Assembly: GCA_963720465.1 (NCBI GenBank)
Contig: OY970393.1
Span: forward strand, 1,600,001 to 1,664,000
From: Methanobacteriota archaeon
GTDB lineage: Archaea > Halobacteriota > Bog-38 > Methanoflorentales > Methanoflorentaceae
Reading direction: 5' to 3'
Length of the DNA stretch: 64,000 bases
Under the pieces are notes generated by a model, which did not search any database, was not told the DNA's origin, and was given only the letters and a program-made list of their open reading frames with translations. Shown here in pieces: positions 40,497 through 50,559 of the stretch (positions within the stretch are counted from its first letter, which is position 1; the number at the start of each line of letters is the position of its first letter). Position numbers and translations under genes: made by a program.

Positions 40497-41205
40497 TGTT
40501 TCCTCGTGTGATGCAAATGCTGAGTAAAAAGAGCTCGATCAGGCATATTAAGGCTGATAATAATTCGCAGCTGATTTATAAATATTTGTCGACATTCATT
40601 AAGTAAGCGCGCGCACGACGCCTACGGCACTATCTACGAGAGAGCCTCGTTGTTGTCCACGGGTTATCCTAGTGCGGTAGCTTAACTGCTAAAACAAAGA
40701 ACGGCTGTTAGGCCTGGCTCACGCAAATAATGGACGTTAGTTTTCCCGATCGCATTCGGTATGGCATTAATCGGTGAGAGCATCCACGGCATCGTGTGGT
40801 TTAAAAAGCCGGCTCTCATCCCAACGTCTATTGGCACTGCGTTCCGTTCCTTTCGTTCTCCCGATCTGTGTTGTCTTCTTGGCTTTTTGACGTGCGCCAA
40901 AGGTAGTCCGCTTCAGCTGCGACTGGCCGGTATTATCGCAACGCTATCATGATTCTTTTCTCATTTGTCTGCTCCTCCTATACTCTAAAAAATCTCCTTT
41001 CAATCATCGGTCATTTTTCTTTTTCGATAAACCCGTTTGCATTCTCATCGTTTGTCCATTATCAAATGCGTTTTGGGGACTACATGGGAGTTTAACAGTC
41101 TTATCGTATGACCCCCGTGGGTTATCGAGCCATATTCGACAACGCATCTAAGCGATCATCGGGCAAAGAATATACGCATCAAACGCGCGACTATCGAGCG
41201 ATGCC

Positions 41206-41571
41206 ATGACGCTCCCGATACGTATTGAAAACGATGAAATCCCATCTTTCATCGCAGGCTGTGCCGTCGAAGCAACAGAGTGGGAAGTTGAGGGAAAGCG
41301 ATACGAGCAATGGTATGCCGAACATGAACATACGGACGACCCACCCTCTGCCTGGCGTGACGAGGTCATAATACCCTATCTGCAGCGACACTTTGAAGCG
41401 CTCGAAGTGCACGAGGATGGCCGTCTCTTCGGCATCCGACGCAATACCGAAGAGCAGATCGACCAAGGTTTTTACGATCCAGAACTGCTCGAAGAGTGTT
41501 TGCTCGCAAAATGTCCTGGACAAGGATGGCGGTTTGCGTTAGGATGCTGTCGCAAACAACACGCGAAGTAA
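41206..41571 (+). CDS. Hypothetical acidic protein, paralog family A member 3
   Basis: Aligns with 24833..25174 over most of its length. Confidence 0.7.
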   Translation: MTLPIRIENDEIPSFIAGCAVEATEWEVEGKRYEQWYAEHEHTDDPPSAWRDEVIIPYLQRHFEALEVHEDGRLFGIRRNTEEQIDQGFYDPELLEECLLAKCPGQGWRFALGCCRKQHAK

Positions 41572-41795
41572 CGCGCCTCCATTAAGGGCCGGTCTTGAGG
41601 CAGCCCCTAGTCATTCGCCAGGCGTTGTGCACTTAATCATTATGATGCGCTTTGGGCCGACTAAGCGTTTAAACAGGTGTCGTTCACTAACACGTCCGAA
41701 GATGTTGCGACAAATGCCGCTTTCATCGGCAAAAACTTATTCATATGCGTCCCCATATGTCCACCGCAACGCCGCCTGTCCTATGGGTTTCTAAC

Positions 41796-43241
41796 ATGGC
41801 TACCGAGCAGAAGTTTGGAATGGATTTTGTCGGCGATATACCGTGGGGAACACACCTTTGTCAGTTCTACGAAACGAAGCGCGATTTGAGTGACATTTTG
41901 GTGCCCTACTTCGCTGAGGGTTTGAGAAGCAACGAAGCGTGCATGTGGATAACATCCGAGCCGCTGGGGGTAGAGGAGGCTACCGCGGCGCTCAAGAAGG
42001 CAGTCCCCGACATCGATCGGTTTATTAAAAGCCGGCAGCTTATCATTCTTCCCTATACGGAGTGGTACTTCAAAGGTGGAACGTTTGACGCAGACCGCGT
42101 CCTGCAGGGGTGGATTGAGAAGGAGAAGGAGGCATTGAACCGTGGCTTCGAAGGTTTGCGCCTCACAGGCAATACCTTTTGGATTGAAAGAGGCCTCTGG
42201 AACTATTTTGCCGACTATGAAGAGGTCATAAACAATGTCCTTGGAGCGCATCGGATCATCGCGGTATGTACCTATAGCTTGAGAAATTGCAATGGCAGCA
42301 ACGTCATAGATGTACTACGGAACCACGGCGGCACGATCATAAGAAAGGGCGCGACCTGGTCAGTGGTCGAGGATGTGGTCGTCCGCAAGGAAGCCGAGGT
42401 GGCGCTACAGGAAGCGCACAAAGAGATGCAGTCCCTCAACGAGGCGCACGAGGAGGTGCGCTCGCTCAATGAAGCGTTGCAGTCGACAAAAGAAGAGCTA
42501 ATGCACTATTCACAGCATCTCGAGGAGCTCATTGCAGAGCGTACTTCCCAGCTGAGAGGCGTCGAGCGCCTTGCTGGCATCGGCGAAACAGCAGCGATGA
42601 TCGGGCACGACCTCCGCAACCCGTTGCAGGGACTCCATTACATCGTCGACCTCCAGAAGCTACGGTTTGAGCGGGTCCCTCCTGAAAAGCGAGGTGCTGA
42701 CGATTGGAAGAATGAAGAGAAACTCTTTGATCGCATCAGCGAGCAGATCTTCTATATGGACAAGATTGTCGCGGATTTGCAAGACTATGCTCGGCCCATC
42801 GCCCCCGAGCGCGAAGTCGTGGCAGTGAGCGCGCTTATCAAAGACGTCCTCGCGTCACTCCCATACACTGACGACGTAAAGATCGTGTCCGACGTGAGCG
42901 ATCTCGAAGTCACCGTTGACCCGCATCTCGTGCACCGCGCGTTCGCCAACCTGATCCTAAACGCCCTGCAGGCGATGCCGGAGGGAGGTACGCTCACCAT
43001 TAATGCCTCTGCCTCCGATCACGCTGTTGCTATAAGCGTGCGCGACACAGGTGTGGGCATTCCCGAGGAGATGGAAGACAAACTCTTCTCCCCGCTTATC
43101 ACCGGCAAGGCGAAGGGCACCGGGTTGGGTTTGGCGGTGGTTAAGCGGATAGTCGACGCTCACGGCGGGACGATCACCTTTGAGAGCCAAGAGGGAAAAG
43201 GGACGACATTCACCGTTACTTTGCCCGAAACGAGTGAATGA
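41796..43241 (+). CDS. MEDS-domain sensor histidine kinase
   Basis: GDIPWGTH.CQFY MEDS motif, coiled coil, GHDLRNPL, NL..NA, DTG.GI, GTGLGL. Start could be 41745 or 41757. Confidence 0.92.
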   Translation: MATEQKFGMDFVGDIPWGTHLCQFYETKRDLSDILVPYFAEGLRSNEACMWITSEPLGVEEATAALKKAVPDIDRFIKSRQLIILPYTEWYFKGGTFDADRVLQGWIEKEKEALNRGFEGLRLTGNTFWIERGLWNYFADYEEVINNVLGAHRIIAVCTYSLRNCNGSNVIDVLRNHGGTIIRKGATWSVVEDVVVRKEAEVALQEAHKEMQSLNEAHEEVRSLNEALQSTKEELMHYSQHLEELIAERTSQLRGVERLAGIGETAAMIGHDLRNPLQGLHYIVDLQKLRFERVPPEKRGADDWKNEEKLFDRISEQIFYMDKIVADLQDYARPIAPEREVVAVSALIKDVLASLPYTDDVKIVSDVSDLEVTVDPHLVHRAFANLILNALQAMPEGGTLTINASASDHAVAISVRDTGVGIPEEMEDKLFSPLITGKAKGTGLGLAVVKRIVDAHGGTITFESQEGKGTTFTVTLPETSE

Positions 43242-43493
43242 GCGGCGTTGTGCGCAGGCTAATCCTGACTAACTGTGGCACCGCGCAGGGCTTTCAGGAA
43301 CCCGTTGCACAAGTTTTTAATATGAGTATGGCAAACTTTGGTAGGAAGTAAGCAACCTATTTCCGACATTAGCACTCCTCTCTATATAAGCTCACGGAGC
43401 TCAAAACGGGTCGCGTATGAAATGTCCTTTTCCTGACTGGAATTTTTTGCCTAACGGCGCCGCATTTAGTTTTTACCAATCACGGTTTTGCGC

Positions 43494-43937
43494 ATGCTAA
43501 GTCGACGTGAACGCGAATTTCTTAACGACCTTGCGACTTTTCGTGACGATTTTCGACGTTTCGGCGGCGTTCGAGGTCTACGCATAACAGAAGAAGAGTA
43601 CGTCCGCGGAAAACTCGACGATATATACGGAAGTCGCTACGTTCTCGTACTGCGGAACCGGATTCGAAAGAGGGGCTCCGCAGCGTTGGACGACCTATTA
43701 GAACTCGCAACAGTAGACGCAGACGACCCTACCGCGGGACGGTCAGGGCCGCGTTCACTTGTGCCAGACAGATTTGAGTACAGGCTTCTCGAGATTATCC
43801 GAGCGTATCGGAAACGCACTGACTTCCGCGCATCGCGCCAGGTAGAAACGCTGATAGAGGAACTACAAGCTAGTGCCGACGAACTTCAACTAATCGACGC
43901 GATGGAAAACGGCGATGTTGCGGGCTTGAGGGAGTAA
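43494..43937 (+). CDS. Hypothetical protein
   Basis: MLSRREREFL...LR.RIRKR...AL.DL; charged helical protein. Confidence 0.6.
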   Translation: MLSRREREFLNDLATFRDDFRRFGGVRGLRITEEEYVRGKLDDIYGSRYVLVLRNRIRKRGSAALDDLLELATVDADDPTAGRSGPRSLVPDRFEYRLLEIIRAYRKRTDFRASRQVETLIEELQASADELQLIDAMENGDVAGLRE

Positions 43938-44430
43938 AGTCATAAATTAGCTGCGCGTTTCCTTGTCTTTTCTGGACGAATGAACAATGAGCTGGTTCTT
44001 GTTCCAATACCGCGCTAGCGCGAACTCGCACTGCTAGCGTGTAAATCACCAGCAAGATTCCTCGGCGGTCGAGTGCCGAGCATAGAGATTCCAGTATGTT
44101 TCTTCGTCGATCTCCCTCGCAATCGAACCACGCCCTGCAGAAGCTTGAGCCGCGGCCGTGAACGGACCGCGACAGTTTGCGACACCACTGCCCGTAAGGA
44201 GAAGCCGTCGTGGTGTTGCAAGCGTAAGTTTCGGCGGTGCGACATAAGTGTTACCGCAGGAGCTAGGCTTTGGGTCAAATCTTACCAAGTACGCGAGGTG
44301 AAAAGCCAGAGCCGCCACTTACCTATAGTTTTACGACAGAAACAGTAGAAGCTACAAGACAACTGTGTTTTAACGGTTGATCGCGGGTCAGGAACGTGCG
44401 AAAGTCATACTGCAGCAGTGAGGCGTCAGC

Positions 44431-44943
44431 GTGACCGCGCGAAGCGCCTCGCGGGTCATTTGGTGGATCATCATTGCGTTCGGCCTTGGGGTAGGGGCTG
44501 TGCTCCTCCTACTGGGCTATTACCTGTTCGGAGTGATCATCGGCGGATTTGCTGTCTTGCGCCTGATGTATTCGCTTTCTCTACCCAATAGGCGTGGGCC
44601 GACGTGGTTGCCGCCTGTGAGTGATTCTGAACGAGCCCTGCTGCGGTCAATGGCTCGAGATGAGTTTCTTGTTGCTGCGGGCGCGATGGGGATGAGCGGT
44701 GGGCAGCTACTACAGGACTTCAACGGTGGCATGTCCATCGCCGAGATGGCTGCCAGCGCGAGCGTAGGGTTGGAACCGATAATCGATGCTATTGTCAACT
44801 ATGCTTCAGGCCGGATCGACCGAGCGGTCGCGCAGGGATCAGTCGAGAAGGATGAGGGTAATTCAGCAAAATCTAAGTTACGCCCGTGGGCCGGGCGACT
44901 GGTCAACATCCGTAAGCGGGACCTCCCGAGTAGCCGATATTGA
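44431..44943 (+). CDS. Hypothetical two-TM protein with helical cytoplasmic domain
   Basis: Two TMs, then AA.AMGM....L......G.SIAE.A...IDRAVA.G. Confidence 0.65.
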   Translation: MTARSASRVIWWIIIAFGLGVGAVLLLLGYYLFGVIIGGFAVLRLMYSLSLPNRRGPTWLPPVSDSERALLRSMARDEFLVAAGAMGMSGGQLLQDFNGGMSIAEMAASASVGLEPIIDAIVNYASGRIDRAVAQGSVEKDEGNSAKSKLRPWAGRLVNIRKRDLPSSRY

Positions 44944-45067
44944 AGGCAGCAGTTAATTCCAGCGAACCCTGATCGGCAACCGCGTAGGAGCAGAACTTTG
45001 GCCCTTTTCCGTCGTTTAACAGCAGTTAAGCTTTTATTTGCACTCGGTTTCTTCTTAAGCGATCGCT

Positions 45068-45382
45068 ATGTTGTCTATTGACGTGTTGTATTACGAGGAC
45101 TGCCCGCATTACAAAGAGGCAGCAGACACCCTCAAACAAGTTCTCGAGGAGGAGCACGTTGAAGCGAGGGTGAATATGGTAAAAGTCGCAAAAGGCGGGG
45201 AAGCAGAGGTGGTTGGCTTCCTTGGCTCGCCTACGATTTTGGTCGACGGGCACGATGTGCAGCGAGGAACGGACCGCACGTCCCCGTTTCAAGGACACTG
45301 CAGGATTTTCACATACAAGGGACACGTATTTGAAATTCCGCCAAAAGACATGATTCGAGAGGCGGTTAAGCGGTTCGCGTGA
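45068..45382 (+). CDS. Thioredoxin-fold protein (DUF2703-like)
   Basis: LYYEDCPH, FLGSPTILVDG.D, CRIF. Confidence 0.8.
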   Translation: MLSIDVLYYEDCPHYKEAADTLKQVLEEEHVEARVNMVKVAKGGEAEVVGFLGSPTILVDGHDVQRGTDRTSPFQGHCRIFTYKGHVFEIPPKDMIREAVKRFA

Positions 45383-45545
45383 GCGAGAAACGCGACGGCG
45401 ACCGGTACGGCAATTTATAGAGATAGACAACAGCTAGAGACTTGCTATCATGCCATGGCGAATATGTTTCGCTTACGAAATGCCTGAACCTTCGTGAAAG
45501 CTTGGCAGAACATCTTGAGGCGCTCGCGAGAAAAACGCACGGGTG

Positions 45546-45977
45546 CTAAAGAGAACCAAAAGTTACAATGATCCATTCCCTTATCTCGTCACGCACGCGC
45601 CTAAAAGACGTGCACGGTGCACTTTGAGGCCCCGCATCTGCAAGGGGATCGTCAAAAGCGTGATGGATGTACTTGGTCCCTCCGGGGATAATGGCTCCGG
45701 GGAAAATGGGGCATCTCTCTTGGGCGTCAGCACACATGGTCACGACGTAGTCAAAGGATGCGTCGAGATACTCGTCGAGTGGCTTTGCGCGTTGAGAGGC
45801 AATATCGATGTTCTTCTCTGCCATCACTTCGATAGCACACGGGTGGACTTCTGTCGGTTCGCTGCCGGCGCTGTACGCCTCGTAACGATCACCGTATAAG
45901 GCGTTTACGAACCCTTCAGCCATCTGCGAGCGTGCTGCGTTGTGCGTGCATAAGAATAGAATTTTCCGCTTATTCAT
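45546..45977 (-). CDS. arsC: Thioredoxin-dependent arsenate reductase (LMW-PTP fold)
   Basis: LCTHNAARSQMAE P-loop, MC......CP resolving Cys pair, FDDP, FRRVRDEI. Confidence 0.88.
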   Translation of the reverse strand: MNKRKILFLCTHNAARSQMAEGFVNALYGDRYEAYSAGSEPTEVHPCAIEVMAEKNIDIASQRAKPLDEYLDASFDYVVTMCADAQERCPIFPGAIIPGGTKYIHHAFDDPLADAGPQSAPCTSFRRVRDEIREWIIVTFGSL

Positions 45978-46826
45978 TTTCTAATACCTGTCAGGCACAG
46001 GTTCAATATCGGTACAAATAACCTCTGAGCCCAAACTACGTAGTCTCTATAGAAGAGTGCGACCAACGCACTGGGAACCTTGTCGGAGCTTACTGAGGGA
46101 AAACGATCGCTATGTCAAGACGGGGGATTTCGCGTAACGGTTCTGCATGCATCAGCATTGCTCGCACTGAGCGACACAAGCGTTGGGATGAACAAGACAA
46201 ATTCTGAAGCTCCTCCGGTGCCGCACCCGAGAATGGAGGGTACCATCCAGGCATAAACGTCTCCCTAATTAGCACAAAACAAGGTCATTTGCGTGATTCT
46301 AAGTTGCTTAGCGTTTCATACAGATCGGCACGCGTACGCCGTGTCTGCTGTCGTTCGTAATCAAAAATATTGAAGAAAGGGAGCTAACGCGAAGAAAAGC
46401 TCTAAAATCAAGGGGGGCTCAGTAATCCGTGGGAATCGCCTGACGAACACGTTTAGAGGTTAGCCACGTATGATATCGCTGAGCAACGAGAGCGAAGCTG
46501 CGGTAACAAAAGGTTTCGATTCGCGATCGTGGTTGCGACGATGCAGTTCGCAACGACGGTCAGGGCTCCCGGAGATCTAGCCGGACAAATTCTTTTTTGC
46601 AGATCGTTTCCGCGAGCCATTTCTGAAAAAAGCGACGGATACCCCATGCACTGCCCCGCCGCTTCCAAGGAGATGATATCACTCCTTACAAGTCTCTGGG
46701 TCGGTAAGGGTACTTAGCGATGTCGGTTTGGCTGCGGTGCCGACAGGGTCAAGCCAGCCGACGTGCGCGCGATTGCACACAAACGTCGGTGCTGAGCGTT
46801 GACCTCGGGGCATGCATGCGCCGCAA

Positions 46827-47702
46827 TTACTTGAGATATGTGCCGAAGAAAGTGCATACCTTCGCCCACGCATCATCTCTCGCGGCGGCATTTGCGCTCT
46901 CAGTGCCGCCAATGGCCATGTCGCCGGCACCGATCGGCCTAGCCGGCGCAAGTCGGCTCGGCCCTGCAAGTAGGTGCCCCGCGCCATCGTAAGAGAAATG
47001 GTGAAAGGGAAAGACGAACTGACGCTTTCTGAGTCGTTCGACGACGTGCTCGCACATCGTGCTCGACGGCCAAATGGCGTCATCCGTCCCAGAAACTATC
47101 AAAATGGGGCCGTTGATGCGTTCGACGGGAATGAGGGCGCGCTCGACCGCTGGCCAATCCTGAAGGCTGCCGAGATACAACCCCAAGTAAAAGCCATATC
47201 GCTCTATGAAGTCGTCGTCAATTCGGAAGGGCACGAAGGGCACCGGCTTTCCATCTAGTGTCCAGGATGATTTCGACGCCGATGCATCCGACCACCTCTC
47301 ATCGATACCCTGCCAGACAACGTGACTCGGGGAGTACGCCACGACTGCACGGATCTCTGCGTAGGTGGCGCCTACCAGCAGCGCAGCTTCGCCGCCTTTC
47401 GACGTGCCCACAAGACTGATGTTGCTTGAATCAACCGACGGCTGCGCGCGCATCCATTCTATTGCCCGCTTGAAGTACTCGAGCGGTATCTCCTGAAGCT
47501 GATCGGGAAGGTGCTCCAGCCCAAAGTACGCGAGCGCGAGCGCCGCGTATCCCCGCTCTGCGAGGAGCGAGCCGACCGCGCTCGGACTATTCAAGCCGCC
47601 GCCCGCGCCACCTAAGATGATAATTCCTGGGCGCGTGCCAGACGTTGACGGTCGGTGGAAGTTGGCCACCAGGCCATTCTCTCTCACTGCGCTAGGTTCC
47701 AT
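46827..47702 (-). CDS. Acyl-CoA thioesterase/BAAT C-terminal-type alpha/beta hydrolase
   Basis: LAYFG, IPLEYF, GTSKGGE nucleophile, IPVERI.GP, DD..WPS, Y.GAGH. Confidence 0.88.
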   Translation of the reverse strand: MEPSAVRENGLVANFHRPSTSGTRPGIIILGGAGGGLNSPSAVGSLLAERGYAALALAYFGLEHLPDQLQEIPLEYFKRAIEWMRAQPSVDSSNISLVGTSKGGEAALLVGATYAEIRAVVAYSPSHVVWQGIDERWSDASASKSSWTLDGKPVPFVPFRIDDDFIERYGFYLGLYLGSLQDWPAVERALIPVERINGPILIVSGTDDAIWPSSTMCEHVVERLRKRQFVFPFHHFSYDGAGHLLAGPSRLAPARPIGAGDMAIGGTESANAAARDDAWAKVCTFFGTYLK

Positions 47703-47892
47703 AAAACCACTGGCCCGCCATACGTTTTGACATGGTAAAAGCCTATGTGAAGAGATCGATGCACAGGAGTCTCCGCACAACAAACAGAGTCGCGGTTAGT
47801 TACTCGTGCATCACTCCAGACATTGGCAGTCCACTTTGACGGCGACGGCAAACTGTTTAATGGAAAAACTCGCTATGCTGTGCAACGCAAAG

Positions 47893-48699
47893 ATGAACGA
47901 ACTTCAGAGCCGATGGGCGTTACCCGACTTACAAAGCGCAGTCGCTTGGTGTTCGCGGAGGAACACTCAAAACATCCGGTGTGTCATCGACGTGCTCGGG
48001 GAATACGCGCGCGAAGAAAGCCAGGCTGCTAGCTCTGTTGAGGCTTATATGGCTGCTGCGAAGGCTATTGCCAACTGCAGGTTAGCTTCATCGTTAACCG
48101 TCAAATTGAGCGCTTTGGGGGCGCTCTTTGACCATGAACGCTGCTGGAAAAACGTGCAGACAATCGCCCGAGAGGCGGCACGCCGTGGCGTCGGATTCGA
48201 AGTCGATATGGAAGGGCAAAGCCTCGTCACATACACAATTGACGTTGCCGCAGCGTGCGCAGAAAAGCGGCGTATTAGCCTGGCGCTGCAGGCATACCTT
48301 GACCGCTCACGTGATGACGTTTTGCGCGCGTCGGAGTCCGGTATCACCGTTCGGATCGTAAAAGGAGCGTACTCTGGATCAACTGCGGACTTTGCTGATA
48401 TTCAGGAGCGTTTCAAGCAGCTATCAAAGGTCCTGTGCGCGACGGCTACTTTTTTTACTGTCGGAACACATGATCCAGACCTGATTGAGTGGATGACTGC
48501 GAAGATGGAAGGGAAGAAGGACTTAATCGAGTTTGGCTTTCTCAAAGGTCTCGCTGATCGCACGAAGGTTGCGATGGCCAAGGAGGGGTGGCTCGTCTCG
48601 GAATACGTGCCGTTTGGCAAGAATCGCACGGCGTACGAGGCGAGGCGGCGAAAATACCTTAAGGAGCTTGAGAGTTTGGGACGTATCCCCGCTCCATAG
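47893..48699 (+). CDS. Monofunctional proline dehydrogenase
   Basis: D.LGE, VKLS.LG, VDME, LQAYL.R, RIVKGAY, THD, YVPFG. Start uncertain. Confidence 0.88.
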   Translation: MNELQSRWALPDLQSAVAWCSRRNTQNIRCVIDVLGEYAREESQAASSVEAYMAAAKAIANCRLASSLTVKLSALGALFDHERCWKNVQTIAREAARRGVGFEVDMEGQSLVTYTIDVAAACAEKRRISLALQAYLDRSRDDVLRASESGITVRIVKGAYSGSTADFADIQERFKQLSKVLCATATFFTVGTHDPDLIEWMTAKMEGKKDLIEFGFLKGLADRTKVAMAKEGWLVSEYVPFGKNRTAYEARRRKYLKELESLGRIPAP

Positions 48700-49016
48700 G
48701 CGCCACGAAGGCGCGCCTGGAAATTTTGGCGCCCGGCGACACGTCTCAAGGATCTAGGGCGCCAATTTTCTTAGAAGGCCGTACCCTCCCGTTCCGAACG
48801 TAAACGCTGCTGCCGCAATGAGCTTGCGATTTCAGCGAAGTGTTTCTGCTTAGCCCAGCTGTCCGTTTGATTCTAGCGTGTCGCCGACGCGCGAGGCGTG
48901 CTTTCGGGCTATTAGCGTTTCTGTGCATGCGCCTTGATATAAGCTCCGCTCATTTGTAGTTCAGTGCGTCGATGCGGACGTTTAAGTACGTGAGCTCGCG
49001 CGCAGGAGGAGATAGG

Positions 49017-49532
49017 TTAGACCCATCGCCCAACTATGCCTGAGATTATCGACTCTAATCCGAAGATTATCAGGAACACCGCGAGCAGGAACACGAGCGT
49101 TGCCAAGCCGAGCCCTGGGAATATTATCACGACAAAGCCTATGATAATTCCGAGTATCCCGACGATGATGCCTCCTGCTGTACCGCGCGCAGCGCTCGCT
49201 ATTCCGGCGAACAACAATGCTAAGCCCAACAGATAGACAAGCGTCAGTGATCCGTAGATTAACGGATTGTCGATTACCAAGGCGGCGATAATAATCGTTA
49301 GTACTGATAGAATCAGGTTGAGTAGCCGTCGCCATCCGGAAATGCCTTTTGCAAATACTCGTATGAAGTAAGCAATTCCTAGAACGATCAGCGCGATTGA
49401 TAGGAATAATATGAGCGTTAGTACTGCCACTCCTGGATATGCGATGACGTAGCCGGCGAGGACAAGAATGATAAGACCTGCAATGATCTCAAGGATTCGC
49501 AGCCATATGGAGCTCTTTTTTTCGTCAGCCAT
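49017..49532 (-). CDS. HdeD/DUF308 membrane protein, copy 3
   Basis: Six TMs, WLRILEIIAG; GGAGGTGA RBS. Confidence 0.85.
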   Translation of the reverse strand: MADEKKSSIWLRILEIIAGLIILVLAGYVIAYPGVAVLTLILFLSIALIVLGIAYFIRVFAKGISGWRRLLNLILSVLTIIIAALVIDNPLIYGSLTLVYLLGLALLFAGIASAARGTAGGIIVGILGIIIGFVVIIFPGLGLATLVFLLAVFLIIFGLESIISGIVGRWV

Positions 49533-49577
49533 TTCAATTTTCACCTCCCTTCACGTTCTTTGTAAGTCAAGATTCAA

Positions 49578-49607
49578 TTTATGGGTTGCCGCGCTTATAT
49601 TGGTTCC
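49578..49607 (-). promoter_or_regulatory. Duplicated BRE/TATA promoter (GGAACCAATATAA)
   Basis: 26 of 30 nt identical to 50365-50394, at the same spacing from the ATG. Confidence 0.7.
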
Positions 49608-49768
49608 GGTTTGCACCGCGCGGCGCATAGTGCTGGCTTTGCGCTACTCTCTTCGCCGTTCTCTTAGTGCCAGAGGCCCGCTGATGGCTACAGCAAACGG
49701 AACAACTGAGACTGTCGCATAAAGGATTCGTGCCTATTGCGAAAAAAAGAAAAGGGCAAGCGGCGTGG

Positions 49769-50320
49769 TTAGCCGCCGCTTCTACTGCCAGCTCCTGCGA
49801 CGATGAGTTGAATCCCAAACAGGAGGAAAACTAACGCCACTAAAGCGACTAAAAGCGCAGTGCCGATGCCGGGGAATACGATGACGGCAATAGCAACTAT
49901 GAGCGCTATTATTCCGAGACCCATACTGCCCCAGCGGACCCACGAAGGTGCTCCTTCTGCCGCAGAATAGCCTGCAAACGATATCCTTCCTATCGCGTTG
50001 AGCAACAACGCTACAGCGAACAGAAATATAAGGGTCGCTTCGCCGAAGCTCGTGTAAACGATTGCTGCAATCCCCAAAATCAGCACGATAATGCCGAGTA
50101 TGAGGTTGAGTATTTTGCCAGCCGTCGAAAGTGCCTGTGAAGTAGCTCCGCGGATCGCAAGAGCGAGACCTAGGATGATCAATCCGACGCCTAGAAGGAC
50201 TCTCAGCAAGCTTATCGCAACGTTGGGATTGAAAAGAATGTACACTGCTAAAATAAGAACGATAATACCGGCAATGATCTCTAGGATTCGAGCCCACATT
50301 GGGGTACCTCTTTGTGCCAT
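49769..50320 (-). CDS. HdeD/DUF308 membrane protein, copy 2
   Basis: Six TMs, W.RILEIIAG, LLLNAIGRIS, FPGIG. Confidence 0.85.
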   Translation of the reverse strand: MAQRGTPMWARILEIIAGIIVLILAVYILFNPNVAISLLRVLLGVGLIILGLALAIRGATSQALSTAGKILNLILGIIVLILGIAAIVYTSFGEATLIFLFAVALLLNAIGRISFAGYSAAEGAPSWVRWGSMGLGIIALIVAIAVIVFPGIGTALLVALVALVFLLFGIQLIVAGAGSRSGG

Positions 50321-50364
50321 TTTTACTTGTCACCTCCATTGATTTTTAGAACTCTAAGTTAGTT

Positions 50365-50394
50365 TTTATGTGCTGCCGGGTTTATATTGGTTCC
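50365..50394 (-). promoter_or_regulatory. Duplicated BRE/TATA promoter (GGAACCAATATAA)
   Basis: Matches 49578-49607. Confidence 0.7.
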
Positions 50395-50531
50395 TATTTG
50401 GCCGCAGCCTGTTTGGCGGCCTTCTAAGTAACCCCCGAGCGCTCGTTTTCCTTAAGAGACCACGCCTGAATAAATGGCCTAATGTGGAATCTGATGTTTC
50501 GCGCGAAAAAACCGCAACTGAGAAGCCGTAG

Positions 50532-50559
50532 AAAAAAAGGAAGCGGTTATAACCGCTTC
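50532..50559 (-). terminator. Hairpin plus T-tract terminator
   Basis: Perfect 20-bp palindrome gaagcggttataaccgcttc (50540-50559) followed by T7 on the minus strand. Confidence 0.75.

Noticed and set aside
40777-40964. Minus-strand AGGAGG + ATG followed by TGA TAG and an open frame (possible Sec/Pyl read-through)
   Set aside because: Two consecutive stops, no recognisable domain or SECIS; more likely decayed sequence.
43258-43368. 36-aa minus-strand ORF MSEIGCLLPTKVC... with GAGGAG
   Set aside because: No motif, and the nearest TATA-like box is too close to the start; unsupported.
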